DNA from: Monocercomonoides exilis PA203
Taxonomy: Eukaryota; Protista; Preaxostyla
Direction: 5' to 3'
DNA length: 64,000 nucleotides
Assembly: GCA_001643675.2 (NCBI GenBank)
Contig: LSRY02000039.1
Location: 558,001 to 622,000 of the forward strand
Below the pieces are notes generated by a model, which worked only from the letters and a program-made list of their open reading frames with translations, searched no databases and had not been told where the DNA came from. A program made the translations under genes and the position numbers. Each line of letters opens with the position of its first letter. The stretch's first letter is position 1. Below, piece by piece: positions 1 through 13,554 of this stretch.

Positions 1-3000
1 GAAACTGTTGAGTTCACATCTGATATCGTGACAGAGTCCAACTCAACCATCTTCCCAGTTGATTTGATCAAGAAATATCCAATTGTGTTTTGCTTCCCTC
101 CAACCACACTCATCTCACAGTTCTTCATGTGCAATTCCCCATTTATACTGCTCGATTCGATCACTGATGAAATTGTTCTGCTAAAACTCGAGGGGACAAC
201 AATCCCAATTAACTCCATTTCTGTCAGAGAAGCTGATTTCAGAATGCATTCTTCAAAGCCACTAATTTCTCTTTGGCATTCTATCTCCACAAATGTCTCA
301 GCTTTGGCCTTCACATTCATCCCTCCCACATCTACACATCCCGTTAAAGAAGATTTTGAACACATAACAATTTCCTGTTTTAAATTCTGCGATCTCTTCA
401 GATGATCCATCCCATAATTAACATTCAAACATGGCGCCTTCTCCAATCCACAATACACCTCCTCTACTCCAGATATTCCATCGACAAATATTGCATCATC
501 AAAGAATCCATCAAAGAATATGAACAAGTCGATATCCCAATCACCGAATGCTTCTGTTCTATCATGCCCAACAATCGAATTGTCTTTCTGAGTGATGCTT
601 CCCATGAAGGCGAAGGAAGTTTCGTTCACAGAAGCGACAAGGGATTCACACACAAAATACATATCTCTTCCGACACTGGCCTTGTTGGCTGAAAACATCA
701 CATTTATCATGGAAAAGGAGGATTCCGATACTTGTGAGAATTGGTTGAACTCGATCATGAGAGCACCGCCTTTTCCTCCAGAACTTGTATCCTCGCTCAC
801 AGAGCAGGTGGAGAAGGTGGAGTTCATCACAGAAAATGTGTTGGCGGGGGCAGATGAGGCGAATGAGATGCACCCGTCATTGGTGGCATTCTGTTGGTTT
901 TGTGGAGCTGAGTTGATGTTGGTGATGGTGCAGTTTGTGAGGGAGAGGGAGAGGGCAGGGGAGGTGGCAGAGGAGAGGACACAGCTGGCGGGGGAGGCTG
1001 TGGAGGTGATATCTGTGATGTTGGAGGAGGTGAAAGTGAGGGGAGTGGTGAGGGAGGTGAGGTGGAAGATGCTTTGGCTGCTGAGGGAGAGTTTTGTGAT
1101 TGCTGTGTGGTTGAGGGCGAGGGAGCCAGCAGTGAGGAAGAAGAGGGGGGTTGTGATTGATGATGAAGATGGGGTTGTTCCGGTGATGGTGGTTGTGTTG
1201 AGTTTGAGGGAAGGGGAGTTTTGGGAGAGATGGAAGAGGATGGGGGTGATTTGATTTGTGGAGTTGTGAGCGATGGCGAGGACAGAGACTGTGAGGGATC
1301 CCTGTGTTTGTTGGAAGAGGGCAGACGAGGCAGATGGATCTGGTGAAGAAGATGAGGGAGAAGAATAAGTGAATGTTGCATGCTGAGGAATTCCACTGGA
1401 TGCTATAGTGGTGACGGTTGTTCCATTTCCGATGATTTTTGTGTCAACCGCACGAAAAGTGAGTGTTTGAAGAGGAACAAATGTTGAGGTGAGGAGGGTG
1501 ATTAAAGATTCTTGTACTGCTTTTACACATCCAAGAGCATATTCAACTGTACCACATGGGGTCAATTGTGGCCTTCCACAGGCCTCGATATCTTCTCCGC
1601 TATCTGCAACGATTATGCTTGTTGCAATGAGGGGAAGCCAATTGTTGTACAATTCATTTGTTGCAGATCCACAGTTCCACACTCTGTTTATAGGGGTTGT
1701 TGATCCGCATTGCTGGAATGGGGATTGAGTAATTTCGTAACCATTGAAGAACACATCGTTTCCTCTTCCATTTGCAGCTGTGTTGCTATCGAAAAAACAA
1801 AAAGTGATGAATTTTATTCCATTCATCCAGGAATAAGTTGAATAGAAGAAAATGGCAGCACCTCCATATGTCGAAGAAGCAGTCAATTTATTGTTTACGA
1901 ATTGGCAATCATTAACCAAAAATTGGCTTGGTTTTTTATTCGGAGGATTATAAAATGAAAGAGAACCAGTTGAATCTCCACCAGAATTTGATATACACTT
2001 GCATTTGGTGAACACTAATTGACCATTTGAAGAAAAATCACCAATAAAAAAATAAATACCCGTTCCAATTGTGCTTGTTATTTTACAACTTTCCACTCTG
2101 TTATCTAAAAATGAATAAACGGAAGAAGTTTGTCTTCCATCAATGCAAGCTGCTCCTCCATGAGGAGCAGAACAGTTTGTGAAATTTGAATTTGAAATAT
2201 TTTCATTCTGCAAACAGTAACTGAATAGCGCTCCACCACCACATTCATTTCCAGTAGTTGAGCAATTGTTGAATAAACAAGAAGTGATTGTGAGATTTGC
2301 ATTTTGGAAAACAACATAAAGCGCACCTCCATAGTCATTTCCAGAATTTGAGTTATTCCAAAAACACCATTCGAAGCGATGACTATTCAAATCGAATGAG
2401 TACATTCTTTCAAGTTTCAATTTTTGAGATTCTGTTCCAACATGAACCACAGCAGCATTTGGTGAAGAGTGTGTTTGGTGAAGAAAAGAGGCATTGAAGA
2501 CAGAGAGGGAAGTGAATGGGCTGTTGAGGTTGGGGAGAATGGTTCCATCGATGGGGTTGTGGGTGTGTTTGAAGATGGATGAGTGGATGGAGAGGGATGA
2601 GTGAAGAGAGAAGGAGGGGATTGAATTGATGTTGGTGTTGGTGGAAGTGGAAGAGGAAGAAGAGGAAGAGGTTGTTGAGGTGAATGGGTTGAGTGAGTGG
2701 GAGGGAAGGGATGAAAGTGATAGAGGGGATTGAGGAGATGAGATGTTGTAGAAGAGGGTGTTTGAGAGATGGAGATTGAGGTGGATTTGAAGGTGGGGAT
2801 GGGATTGGCGATGGTTATGGAGAGGGGAAAGGGAAGGGGAAGAGGAAATAGAAGGGGAAGAGGAACGGGAAGGGAAAGAAAAAGAAGATGATGAGGATGA
2901 GGATGAGAAAGATGAAGGAGAAAGGGAAAGGGAAGAAGATGGAGAGGGGATGGGGAAGAGAGGGAAGAAGGAGAAAAAAGGAATGGCTGGATTAGGGAGA

Positions 3001-3541
3001 TGAATGAGGAGAAAGAGGAGTGGGAGATGGAGAAGGAAGCAGGGATTGGGGAGTGGGCATCTGGGAGGAGATTATTTGGGGTGGAGAAGAAGGGGAAGGA
3101 GAAGATGGCTGGTTGGTGGGTAGTGAGGGAGAAGTTTGTGAGGGAGAGGGAGGCATGCGCAGAGAGGAAAAGTGGAGATTTTGGTGCTGGGTTAACTTGG
3201 CAAGTGGAGGAGAGGATAGTAGCAGATGAGTGGTGTTGGGCAGCGAGGATCGGATAACCAGCGAGAGGCGCCGATGTGAGATGGGCGACGCACAAAGAGG
3301 TGTTGATGATTTTTAAAGTTGTTTGAATACAGCAAATGTTATTGTCAGCTGGTTTTATAACTTTCGTCAGTGAATTGAATAAATTATCGTTATCCTCATA
3401 AATTTTATCTGCAATGCTGATCAAATCTTTCTGCACCTCCTCGTTCACTTTTTGTTGAATTTGTCTTTCAGCAATGTCCTCCATATTCCGGCATTTAGAA
3501 CCGAGCGTAATCAATGCACAAATATAAAATGCAGCTCTCAT
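1..3541 (-). CDS. Large secreted/surface protein of an expanded beta-helix (pectin-lyase-like) family; runs off the window start; one apparent frameshift
   Basis: ATG at 3541 gives a signal-peptide-like MRAAFYICALITLGSKC. After a frame change in the Ser/Pro tract (~2830-3070) a single open frame runs to base 1 with GGA-type repeats (NDYGGALYV, TYGGAAIFF, GKGGALMI) plus GRGNDVFF, CG..PC.T and GRDMYF. It is absent from the ORF track because no stop lies inside the window. Confidence 0.75.
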
Positions 3542-4149
3542 GTTGGAAAGGAGCTCGTAAGGGAAATTGTTGCCGAAAAAAACAAAAATGTCAAAATGTT
3601 TCTGCCCCATATTATTATTATATTCGGAGGTTTATTTTGAAAAATCGCATTGCATTTAGAGAATCCATTTCCCATTAATATACGAATTTGAAAAAAATTT
3701 TTTTTAACTTTTATTAGGTTTTTGTTTGTTGTCACAATTCTTTATTTTGGAAAAGTCACAAAAAATTATTCAAAAATTTCATATTTTTCATGTGAACATT
3801 AGGAATGCATTTTTTGGTTAATTAAATTTCTGTAATTAACTTATTTCAGAATATTGTGACGCTATTTCTCAAAAATTTGCACAACGAATGATTTTGAAAT
3901 GAAATTTTCTGTGAAACAGAAAGATTGAAAACATGAAATACAAAACAAGCGTCAAAATAATTAATAAAGATAAATAAGATAATACAACTTCTTATAAATC
4001 TCAAAAATAATGATTTGTTGTTTGGTTTTTGTTTGAAAAACTCAAAATTTGGAATAGTAAATTTTGATTAATTGATTAAATAAAATTTACGGAAAAAAAA
4101 ATAAGCGAAAAATATTTCAGAAAAAAGCCATAATTCACAATGTGAAGAT

Positions 4150-4657
4150 TTAGATCATTCAAAAGCTTCTTCGACAAGTTTGCGAATTCCTCACAGACCA
4201 TCCGCACTTCTTCTTCTTCTTCCACCAAAAAGAGTCCAAATCAATTTGTCTCTCTTTCTCGTTGTTGATGCAACTGGAACAGCTGAAAGTGAATGTTGTT
4301 TTGCGAACAAGGCAGAAAAGATGCGAGAAGAGAAATCAGATGCCAAGACGAATGCTGAGAAAGAAGGAAAGGAAAAGAATAAAAATGAAAAGGATGCAGA
4401 TGAGTCTTCATCCTGTCTGTCCTTCATCACTCATTCTTCCTTGTCAAAGCTCTTCCCCAAAAAATCTCAACTGCTTCAGATTCTGCTCCATCTTTTGCAT
4501 ATGAAACGACAATTTGCCTGCCTTTGCCTTCATCCGATGCGACACAAAATGCTATATCCACTGCTAAACATCACACGTGGTTGTAAAAAGCAAATGAACT
4601 TTTTTTCAATGAAAAAGGAAGAGGAAAAAGACAAAAAGAGAAGACGAAAAGGAGAAA

Positions 4658-4688
<31 letters not shown>

Positions 4689-4907
4689 AGGAAAGATGCC
4701 AAAGATGATGCTGCATGTTGAGAATCATCAAAAGTTAGAGATTTCTGAATGTGAATGTTCAGAAAGCTCATCTGCTCAGAAGAAACATCGTTTCTGCCAC
4801 ACTCTCTCAATGTTTATTCCAAGCAAACTGCTTCTTCTCTTTCAAGCTCATGAAACGCATTATTAGGCTATGCAGCATGCAATAATGACGGTAGAAGTCA
4901 CGAATGC
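4150..4907 (+). pseudogene. Decayed coding remnant (Lys/Glu-rich), homologous to 14520-14700
   Basis: ECSESSSAQKKHRFCHTL and VECDANKNNLKTSGCFEKR occur in both places in opposite orientation. There is no credible start and stops are present. Confidence 0.45.
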
Positions 4908-5872
4908 CATTGTTGAATGTGATGCAAATAAGAATAATCTCAAAACTTCTGGCTGTTTTGAAAAAAGATAAAAAGGCTTCTTTCCATAGCATTCCTATTC
5001 ATAGTCATTTTGTATTCATTAAAAGTACACCTTTAGAGAAAAATGAATGAAATAAAAAAAAATCAAACCATCTTTTTGACATTGAAATATTTTCCCATCT
5101 CCAATGAATTGGTAATTATCAACTCATCTGGCTTTCTTGTTCTCCAAAATTGCCTCTTGCCATTTAAAATAAACAGATAATTGGACAATAAATGAATGGC
5201 AAAGAACATCATCGAAAGCAGAGAGTCAATTGTGGAGCTGGCTGTGATATCAGATGAGAACACATATTCTCCAAACTAACTCCTTTTCAAAACCCAATTC
5301 AATGACTAATCTTTTCTGATGATTTTCCTGCAAAATTCGAACAAAATGCAAATGTCATTGTAATTGAGGCCTGCTGATTGTCTTGCTCAACTCGTTTCCT
5401 CCATTGTTCAATCCCCCAATTCACTTTCCTTTTCCACAAAATCTTCCCCCAATGAAAACTCACATAAAACAAATTCTGTGCTGAAGATATCCCTAGTACA
5501 CAACATTTCCCTCGAAATGAACAAGCAGTTCAATTCAATCTTTTTGATATTCTGCTCGCTTTTTCTGCATCTTTCATTAATTATTTCCCATTCAAAATAT
5601 CGCAGCCGATGTTCCTTCATATGTTTTGCTATGTTTGACCAAGTTCAAATTTCATGCTGAGTTTCTCCACCAATTCGCTTTTCAAATGTGACCGATGCAA
5701 ACAGCCACCCGCTCCTCCATCTCCATGCAAAATCCCTATTCTTCTGCAGTACTATAGCTCACATGGATGCATCTGTAACTGCACATCCAAAACAGCACAA
5801 ACAAAGTTTTAACAAATCGCATCATCAATCAAAAATCTTCACTTATAAAATTATGGGTTGTAAACCCTTATT
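4908..5872 (+). repeat. Left arm of ~965-bp near-perfect inverted repeat
   Basis: Mirrored ORFs are identical (5063..5263 = 14164..14364; 5364..5660 = 13767..14063). Coordinates sum to 19427 throughout. Confidence 0.92.
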
Positions 5873-6127
5873 TATCATTCGAAAAGGAGATCTGATTTTC
5901 TTCTTTTTGATTTGCTTGTTTTGAGACAAAAGTCAGAATGATACTTGGGAAATTTTTAAGTTATTTTTTAAAGGGCATTTTGGCAAGAGTATTTTTATTT
6001 TTTGATGCGAATATTCCTTCAACATTCCAAAAATGTATTTATTTTAGTTTTGGACTCATTCTGCGGTCACGCAATCACCTTCATATGAGCAAATATTTCT
6101 GAGTATGCTAGAATTTAAAAGAAACGA

Positions 6128-7471
6128 ATGGTTTAATAAATCAATGAATTTTTTCTCTTTTGATTTTACATCTTTTTTTAGAGAAACTTTCACAATTGGA
6201 ACAATTCACTGAATCCGAACAGAAACAGAAAATTAAGGAAATGAATAAAATGGTTGATGAAATGAATGAAGAAGAGTTGTTTTTTTTCCTCAATCTTGAA
6301 ATGTTCAACAAAATTCATGAAATGATCGAAGAAGAGAAACTTTCGATGGAAAATGTTATTTTGCTGATGAAGTGTATTGGAAATAACAAAATTCGTTTGA
6401 ATTTGCATAGTTTTAACTTTCATAATTCTTTGCTGTGCAGAAGATTTGAGGAGATGATTTCTGATGAAGAGAAGAAAAAAGAGGAAAGAAACGAAAAGCT
6501 TTTTATTGATCTTTGCGAATGCTATTTTTTGTTGAACAGGCGGGCTTCTTCAAATCTATTTCCGGTTTGCGTTCCCTGTCTTCTGAAGGTTGCATTGAAT
6601 AAAGAGGAATACGAGGAGACTGAGAAAGAAGCGGAAATGGCTTTATTTGCATTAAGTCGCATCAATAGATATTTTGTATGTTCACTTCTATTTCATTTTT
6701 GATTACACTTTTTTATATGATTTTAATTAGAAAATTGAAAAAAAACTTTACCTCAAAGAAATCAAAGAAATCATCAAGTATCATCAAGAGCATCAGAATC
6801 TGACTCGACTTGCATATCAATCTGCTTGGATGTTTTTGATGGAGAGATTTTACGATGACCAAAGTTTGGAAGATGATATTGTGAATGATCTGCATTTTGC
6901 GATAGAAGCTGCAAGAGAAATCGAATATCTTACAAAATGTATAGATTGGAAGAGAAAAGATGAAGAAGTGTTTGTGGTTAAGAGGTGGCTGATTGTTGTT
7001 GCTGATTATTTTTTGACATGCACCTTGTGTAACGTGGAATTGGCAGGACTAATGAGCAGCATTGCTCAGTTATTTCGAGCAGCAAGGGAATATTACAGAG
7101 AAATTAGCAGCCTGTGCATTTATCCCTTGAGAAATGCAGCAGAAAAGAAAAATGTGAAAATTGATGATTTGTTGAAAAGCGGAGTAATTGATGCTGTTTT
7201 GGAGGAAATTCGGCAGCCAACACTGGATGATGAAATGGCTGGCGAATGCTTTGAATTCTTTGCTTTGATTTCAGAAAGATTGAAAGGAAAGGAGGAAGAA
7301 AAAATGAAAGAAGCGAAAAGAAAAGAAAAGAAAAGAAAGATATTTGAAAGGATGGAAGAAGAAGGATATGAAGATTGCATCACAAGCATTTATGGAGAAA
7401 TTTCTTTTGTTAATGAAAAATATTATCTTGATTTGTCGTTGAATATTTCTGATTATTTTGTGAATGTTTAA
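6128..7471 (+). CDS. Uncharacterised helical protein, 'YHQEH-NLT-LAYQSAW' family, copy A (5' exon uncertain)
   Basis: ORFs 6160..6702 and 6830..7471 are joined in frame by GT-AG intron 6676-6730. Motifs: CVPCLLKVAL, EIIKYHQEHQNLTRLAYQSAW, MEEEGYED. Confidence 0.75.
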
Positions 7472-8149
7472 GAAAATGAAACTTATTTTGTGGTTTAAAT
7501 CATTCAATTCAATTTTATCAATTTTTTAATTTTTTTCTTTTTGTAACTCCAAAATAATATCTTTATCTTTTTATTCATTTCACAAAATGTGTAAAAATTA
7601 TCATTAGAGTTGCTTTGACAAAAAGTCTTTTTATCATTTTTTTGAAAGGATGAAACGAAAAATTGAAAATAAAACAAATAAACACTCAAAGAAATATATG
7701 CATCATTTAACTTTGAAACAAATTTAAGATCAAGACATTAAAAATTACCCATCAAGAGATATTAAAACAAAGAATTATTTTGTGAAAGTCAAGAATAATC
7801 AATTAAATTATGGGTATGATCATATTTTGGATATTTTTATCACTTGTTTCTTTGTAAACTTTTGCTTTAAATTTTGCTTTTTTATCACTTTCATATGTAT
7901 GCTTTTTATATATTCAATTATATGAAAAAAAATTTGTTTGATTTAATTATCATTCAGAATTATGATTTTTGCTAATTTGATGCATTGATGTTTAACGTGA
8001 ACTTTTCAATTGCAATAATTTCTTTTATTCTATTTAACAAATGTGAATAAACATATTGCTTCATCTCTTATGAGATAATTGTGTTTGCCAACAATGAAAC
8101 ATGAAACAATTTGAAGAAGAAAACCATTCAAACACCCCATCGGATAGCA

Positions 8150-9506
8150 ATAAATGGATTCATCATGACATTGCATTATATAAAATTATGAATCAAGATA
8201 ACTGAACAAGGATAGCAGGCTTTTATTTTGATGGAAACTTGGCAAAAACAAAAAGTGGAAGCAAATTTTGCACAGGTCCAACGGATTGGCAGTTTTGGCA
8301 GCCATGCGTTCCTGAGGCATTAAAGAAATGTTATAAAGATTAGTACCTTGTCGGTATAATTTCCAATCAAATGGGTATTTCTAAGGGGCATATTACTGAA
8401 TCTGCTATCATGGGAGAATTTGACAACTTCAAAAAGGCGGTTGAAATACCAATTGATATGTGTGTTGCTACAAGCGAGGATGGCTTTCGCAGGACGTCTT
8501 GTGAATTGTGGGAACTGCTTGTGTTGAAGTCACTGAAAGGGACAGATCCAAATCTGAAGGAAAAGATTTATGTTGGCGACGCTGGTGGGAGGCCAGCAAA
8601 CAGCGGGCGACTTGACTACAAAAAGGAACATTCGTGCGCGACAGAAAGTTTGCTATCAATGTTGGGGTTGACTTCTACACGCTAGAGGAGTATTTCCTGA
8701 AGAACCCCAAGGCAAAGTTCGTGATTGACGGGTTTGACCCGCGCACGCTCAAAGAAGGCACTCCGATGTTAACGAAGCCGAGCGTACTTAAAGATGTAAC
8801 TGGGTCTGTTTTAGACAAAGAGCACATTGTGTAGGATGCGAGTGCAGAGTTGGAGATGGTGCTTTTAGCGGGAACGTCAATGTCTGGGAAATCGATGTTC
8901 ACAAAGCGGTTCTTTTTGAAGACTGGAAGGTTCGAGCACATCAACAGGTACGCGCTGAAGGGCATGAAGAAGAGTGCAAAGGCAGTGACAGCTAAGCTGG
9001 AGAGCAGGAAGAGCGTGGTGATTGACAGCACGAACCCGAAAAAAAGCTGACAGGGTGCAGTTTATCAGCATCGCGAAGGTGAAAGAGGTGCCTGTGTGGG
9101 TGTTCTGGTTCCAGTTTATGCAGCCGATGGTGCAGCGTATGAACACATACAGAGAGCGACTGCTGGATGTGAATGTACCATTCATCCCACTGATTGCAAT
9201 TCGAATGTACTTCAGGTGTGATGGGGGTTGAGATTGTGTGTGCTTGAATCTCTTTTTCTTTTTCTTTTTCTTTCTTGCTGTATGTGTGAAAAATGCTATT
9301 GGATGGATTTCGATTATATTAGTGTTATTATTATCCTTCTTCTTCAAATTATAATTATATTAATTAATATTCTTTTTTTCCCAATAAACTTTCAGAAAAT
9401 TTGAAGAGCTAACTTTGATGAAAGTGTCAAATAAATCACAGAAGTCAGTTTTGCACAAAAATTTGAAGATGAGCGATTGAAAAGACTGTTCTACCAACTG
9501 TCTTAG
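8150..9506 (+). pseudogene. PNKP: Bifunctional polynucleotide 3'-phosphatase/5'-kinase pseudogene
   Basis: Phosphatase motifs AGFYFDGNL (DxDxT site with first Asp changed to Tyr), SNQMGI, YVGDAGGRP and DRKFAINVGVDFYTLEEYF. Kinase P-loop GTSMSGKS and VVIDSTNP. In-frame stops near 8204, 8341 and 8832, frameshifts near 8638 and 9046, and a retained intron ~9216-9395. Confidence 0.9.
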
Positions 9507-9678
9507 GGAAAAAAAATGACATACGAAAAAAATTAAAAAAAATGATGAAAGTTACTTCCTCATAAAAAACAAAAAGCTGAATTTTTTCAAGGGAATGTTC
9601 TTTGGTTATTATTTTTTGAGTAACTCAGAATTTTGTTTGATTGTGTAATATTTAATATTTTATTCTTCTTTTGGAAAT

Positions 9679-9860
9679 GGGAAGAAAATTTTTATTTTTT
9701 TAAAATTTTGTTCCATCCGACATTTTTGTGTCTTTTTTGTTATAAATCAGTTTTTGAATGTTTATTTTGTATGATGATGTTTGACTTATTATGATATGAG
9801 CAGAATAAGTTTGGAACAAATTTTATTTTTTTTTAAAAAAAAAAGCAAAAGTTATTCCCC
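9679..9860 (-). mobile_element. ~180-bp MITE family (GGGAC...GTCCC type), diverged copy
   Basis: GGGAAG...TTCCC ends; shares aattttgttcca and aagtttggaacaaat blocks with 42895-43071. Confidence 0.55.
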
Positions 9861-9893
9861 AATATTTTTATTTACGATCAAGTGATCCAAAAT

Positions 9894-10069
9894 GGGATGA
9901 AATTTCAGGTTTTGTGAAAAAAACAAAGATTTGTTCCAAACTTTTTCTGAAATTATATCATAATAAGTCTTGCTGTTTCATGCAAAAAATACAGAAAATC
10001 GTTTTAATTTAGAAAAACAAAAGAAATTATTCAGTGGAACAAAATTCAGAAAGCAAAAAATTTTGTCCC
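9894..10069 (+). mobile_element. ~180-bp MITE family copy, AAAT target duplication
   Basis: AAAT|GGGAT...GTCCC|AAAT; aligns along its length with 16725-17151 (minus the insert) and with the reverse complement of 42895-43071. Confidence 0.7.
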
Positions 10070-10207
10070 AAATGAGAATGTTTTCATTAATTAAAAACAA
10101 TTGCGTGTGTACCTGTTATTGGAAAGATAATCGAATATTTTCTATGGGGAAATTTGTTTTATTGTTTTGTATTGAATTATTCAGACATAAATTGAGCGAA
10201 ATTAAAA

Positions 10208-11695
10208 ATGAACTTGATAAATATTTCAGAAAATGAAAAAATTTTCTTTGAATATTACAATTTTTCACCAGCAGAAATCTTTGAAGGTGTTCTTTGAGAA
10301 ATTTTTATTTCCTTTTTGCTTCAATTTATTTGTTGATTTTTTTTTTTAAAATATTTTTGTTCATTGTCAGCATACTTTGGAGGAATGTTAAATGAGATTT
10401 ATGAGATGTCCCACGATGAACAAAAGATGAAAATTATTGAAATAAATGAAATGATTGAGAGGATGGATGCAAACGAACTGGAACTTGTTTGCTCAGGAGA
10501 GACATTAGTGATACTTTGGATAATGATTGAAAACAGGAAACTGCCTTTGGAAAACGCCTTTTTGCTATTGAAACATTTGGGGTATTGTAAAGTGCTGAAA
10601 GGAACGTTTAAAAATTGTTTAGACTGTTATTCATTGAAATATGGATTTGAGAAAATGATTATAGAGGAAGAGCAGAAAAATGAAGGAAAGAATGAAAAAC
10701 TTTTGGTTGATCTTTGCGAGTGCTATGTTTTTATGCAAGGTTTAGATTCATCGAGATTGCATTCGACTTGCATGCAATGTCTTCTGAAAGTCGCATTGAA
10801 CAAGGAAGAAAACGAGGAAACACAAAAAGAAGTGGAAATGGCTTTGCTTGCATTGAGTGACATTTGCGAATATTGTGTATGTTCACTTCTATATCCTTTA
10901 TGTTGTATTGATATTTTTCTTATTTCTAATCAGTTTATCGAACAAGAACTTTACCTCAGTGAAATCAAAGAAATCATCAAATATCATCAGGAGCATCACA
11001 ATCTGACTCAATTAGCTTCCCTATCTGCTTGGCAATTTTTTTTCAGGAGATTATGCCATGATCACAGTTTAATGGGAGTGATTGTGAATGAGCTGCATTT
11101 TGTGCGAGAGGCAGCAAGAGAGTTGGAAGAGCTGAGAGAATGCGTTGACTGGAAGAGAAAAGAAGGAATAAATGGAATGAAAGAATCAAAAGAAGAGCTT
11201 ATTTTGATAAGATGGATGTGCACATTGGATATTTTCTTATCCTTATGTAAAGTGTGTAATGAAGAATATAATGGGCTAATCAACTGTGTTGTTCAGGTGT
11301 TTCGAGAAGCAAAAGATAAACATGGAGAAACTTACGAACAATACATAAAACCATAACGAAGTGCAGCGGAAAACAGAGCAGTGAAAATTGATGCTTTGTT
11401 GAAGGAAGGTGCAATTGATCTGGTTTCGGAGGAAATGAAGCAATCAACTTTGAATTATATATTCATTAAGGATTGTTTGTTTTTCTTAATGAATATTTCG
11501 GAAAGATTTGTAGAAAAGGAGAAAAATGAAATGGAACAAGCGAAAAAAAAGGCAATCCTTATGGAGATATTTGAAAGCATGGAGGAAGAAGGATACGAAG
11601 ACTTTATCATCAGCTTTTATGAAATCATTTCTTTTCGGAACACAAGGTATTATCGTTTATCAACAAAATTAGCAGATTACTTTGTGTATGTTTGA
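10208..11695 (+). pseudogene. YHQEH family copy B with a single premature TAA
   Basis: ATG at 10208; introns ~10287-10370 and 10877-10933. TAA at 11354-11356 replaces a Leu codon (YPLRNAAE in copy A vs KP*RSAAE); the same frame continues to 11695. Confidence 0.8.
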
Positions 11696-12429
11696 GAAAA
11701 AGAGAATCATTTCATTCTGTATCTCAAAAAAATGATTTTCGTATTTATTCATTTCACAAAATCTGAAATTAAATTTTCTGAATTGTTTTAATGAATGTAT
11801 TTATTTGCTTTTTCAAAATAAGAAAAAAAATATGAAATTTGAGTTTTTCTTTTTCTCCCATGAAGCACATTCATTGAAATCCTTCATTCTTCATTTCAAT
11901 TGTCGTTCTTTCCATTCCCAAAACAATCAGAGCTGAATCCTCTTTTTCTTCTTTCTCTTTCACTTTTTTCTCTCAGAAATCTTTTTGTGATATTTCACCA
12001 AAACTTGAATTATTGAACATCACTTCCATTTCACTCGTCATCTGAAAGCGGCTGAACGCCAATTTATTCGAAATGCATGATGTCTTCCTTGTCGAAATAG
12101 AAGAGGAATGAAAGATAAAAAAGAAGATGACAATTGTTGAAATGAAGATGAAAGCTGTATGAACGATTGAACAAATGAGAGAGAAAGAGTGTGTAAGAAA
12201 GAGCAAAGTTGAAGTGAAAGATGAATACATCAACATTGAATGAAATGAATGAAGAATTGGACAACTTTTATTTAATAATCTTCGTGTTCAACTGAAATTG
12301 TTGCTCCAGAACGAAATCTCTTCTCTTTTCTATTCATTTCTCTTCTTTTCAGAGATGAAAATGAAATGAATGAAAATGTGTTTCACATTCTCTTCACAGA
12401 CCCCTGCAACAATCAAAAATAGTTTACAG

Positions 12430-12990
12430 TAATAGAAAAGGTGAACACACTTCATTTATCTGAACAAAAAGCTTCATAAAAGTTTGTCGTTCCATTTTCA
12501 TTTCCATTTTCTTCCATCTTTTCAAACACTTTTCTTTTCGACTCTCTTCGCCTTGCCTCTTCAGCTTTCCAATCTGTGTTTTCTTTCGATCTTTCACAAT
12601 TGTTTGTGGAAAATGCACAATTTATAAAATAATTTTGAACAACTTTTGCTTGACTGGATGATTTCCCCCAAAACAGTGTCAGTAACTCATTATCCCAGCA
12701 AGATTTCTTCATCCACAACTCTGTTTCTTGCAATATCTCTTCAGGCACAAATGATTTGCTTTGCAAATTTCTCTGAACTGATCGTTCAGTTCACAAAATG
12801 ACCTCATAGTGCAGCAGACAACCTCAATGAATGTTTCATTTCTCAATTTGCATGATTCAAAACATGATCCCAATGTTTTTACAACCTCTTTATCATTCAC
12901 ATTTCTTGCGTCTCTTCCAACTGTTTTTCTTTCTTATTCTCTTCATCAGAATTCTTCCTTTCAAATCTTTTCCTTTTCAAAGAAAAACAA
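12430..12990 (-). pseudogene. YHQEH family 3' remnant (copy G)
   Basis: Fragments SCFESCKLRNE and RRESKRKVFEKMEENGNEN match the family's last exon; multiple frameshifts. Confidence 0.6.
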
Positions 12991-13554
12991 GCCACCGTCC
13001 CGTTTAACCTTTGACTCTTTAAACATCCCCCAGCATTCCAACGCCAATATCTCATCCCCAATTCCAATCCCTTTCCATCCGCCATTATCTTTATTACCTT
13101 GCAAGAATCCACTGCACAAATCGCATCCGCCTCTTCAAATCTCACATTCTCCACTATTCCTCCCATTCCCTCGCTTTTCCCTTTTTCTGTGCTGCATCCT
13201 TCAATTCATTCAGTCTACCAATCCTCTCTCAAAAGTTAATAAATAATTTCTTTTTCCATAATAAAAAAAAAGAACAGATTAAATTGTCTGAGCAGTGATT
13301 CAGAAATGCCCCATGCACGCCCTGAAACATTTGCAACTGGTCCTGCTGCATTCTGAAAAATCAAGCAAATGCAACAAATTGGTTCCTTTTCTGAATGTTG
13401 GAAAAACATCCGCTTCAAAAGAGTCACAAATGCCTCTGAAAATGCCCAAATACGTTCAATCATAAACTTATTCCCAGTGCATCATTTTCATGCTTTTGCA
13501 TCAAAACAGATAATCCGATGTGTTATAAAGCATTCATTCGTTGTTTGGTAAATT

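Noticed and set aside
28-1254. Plus-strand ORFs of 96-220 aa
   Set aside because: They are antisense shadows of the minus-strand surface-protein frame.
5364-5660. Identical 98-aa ORF pair as real genes
   Set aside because: They lie within the inverted-repeat arms, with a non-ATG start and no recognisable protein features.
11354-11356. TAA/TAG reassigned to Gln (as in Streblomastix)
   Set aside because: This TAA aligns with Leu, intact genes such as MIF end in TAA, and the 3380-codon frame has no TAR codons.
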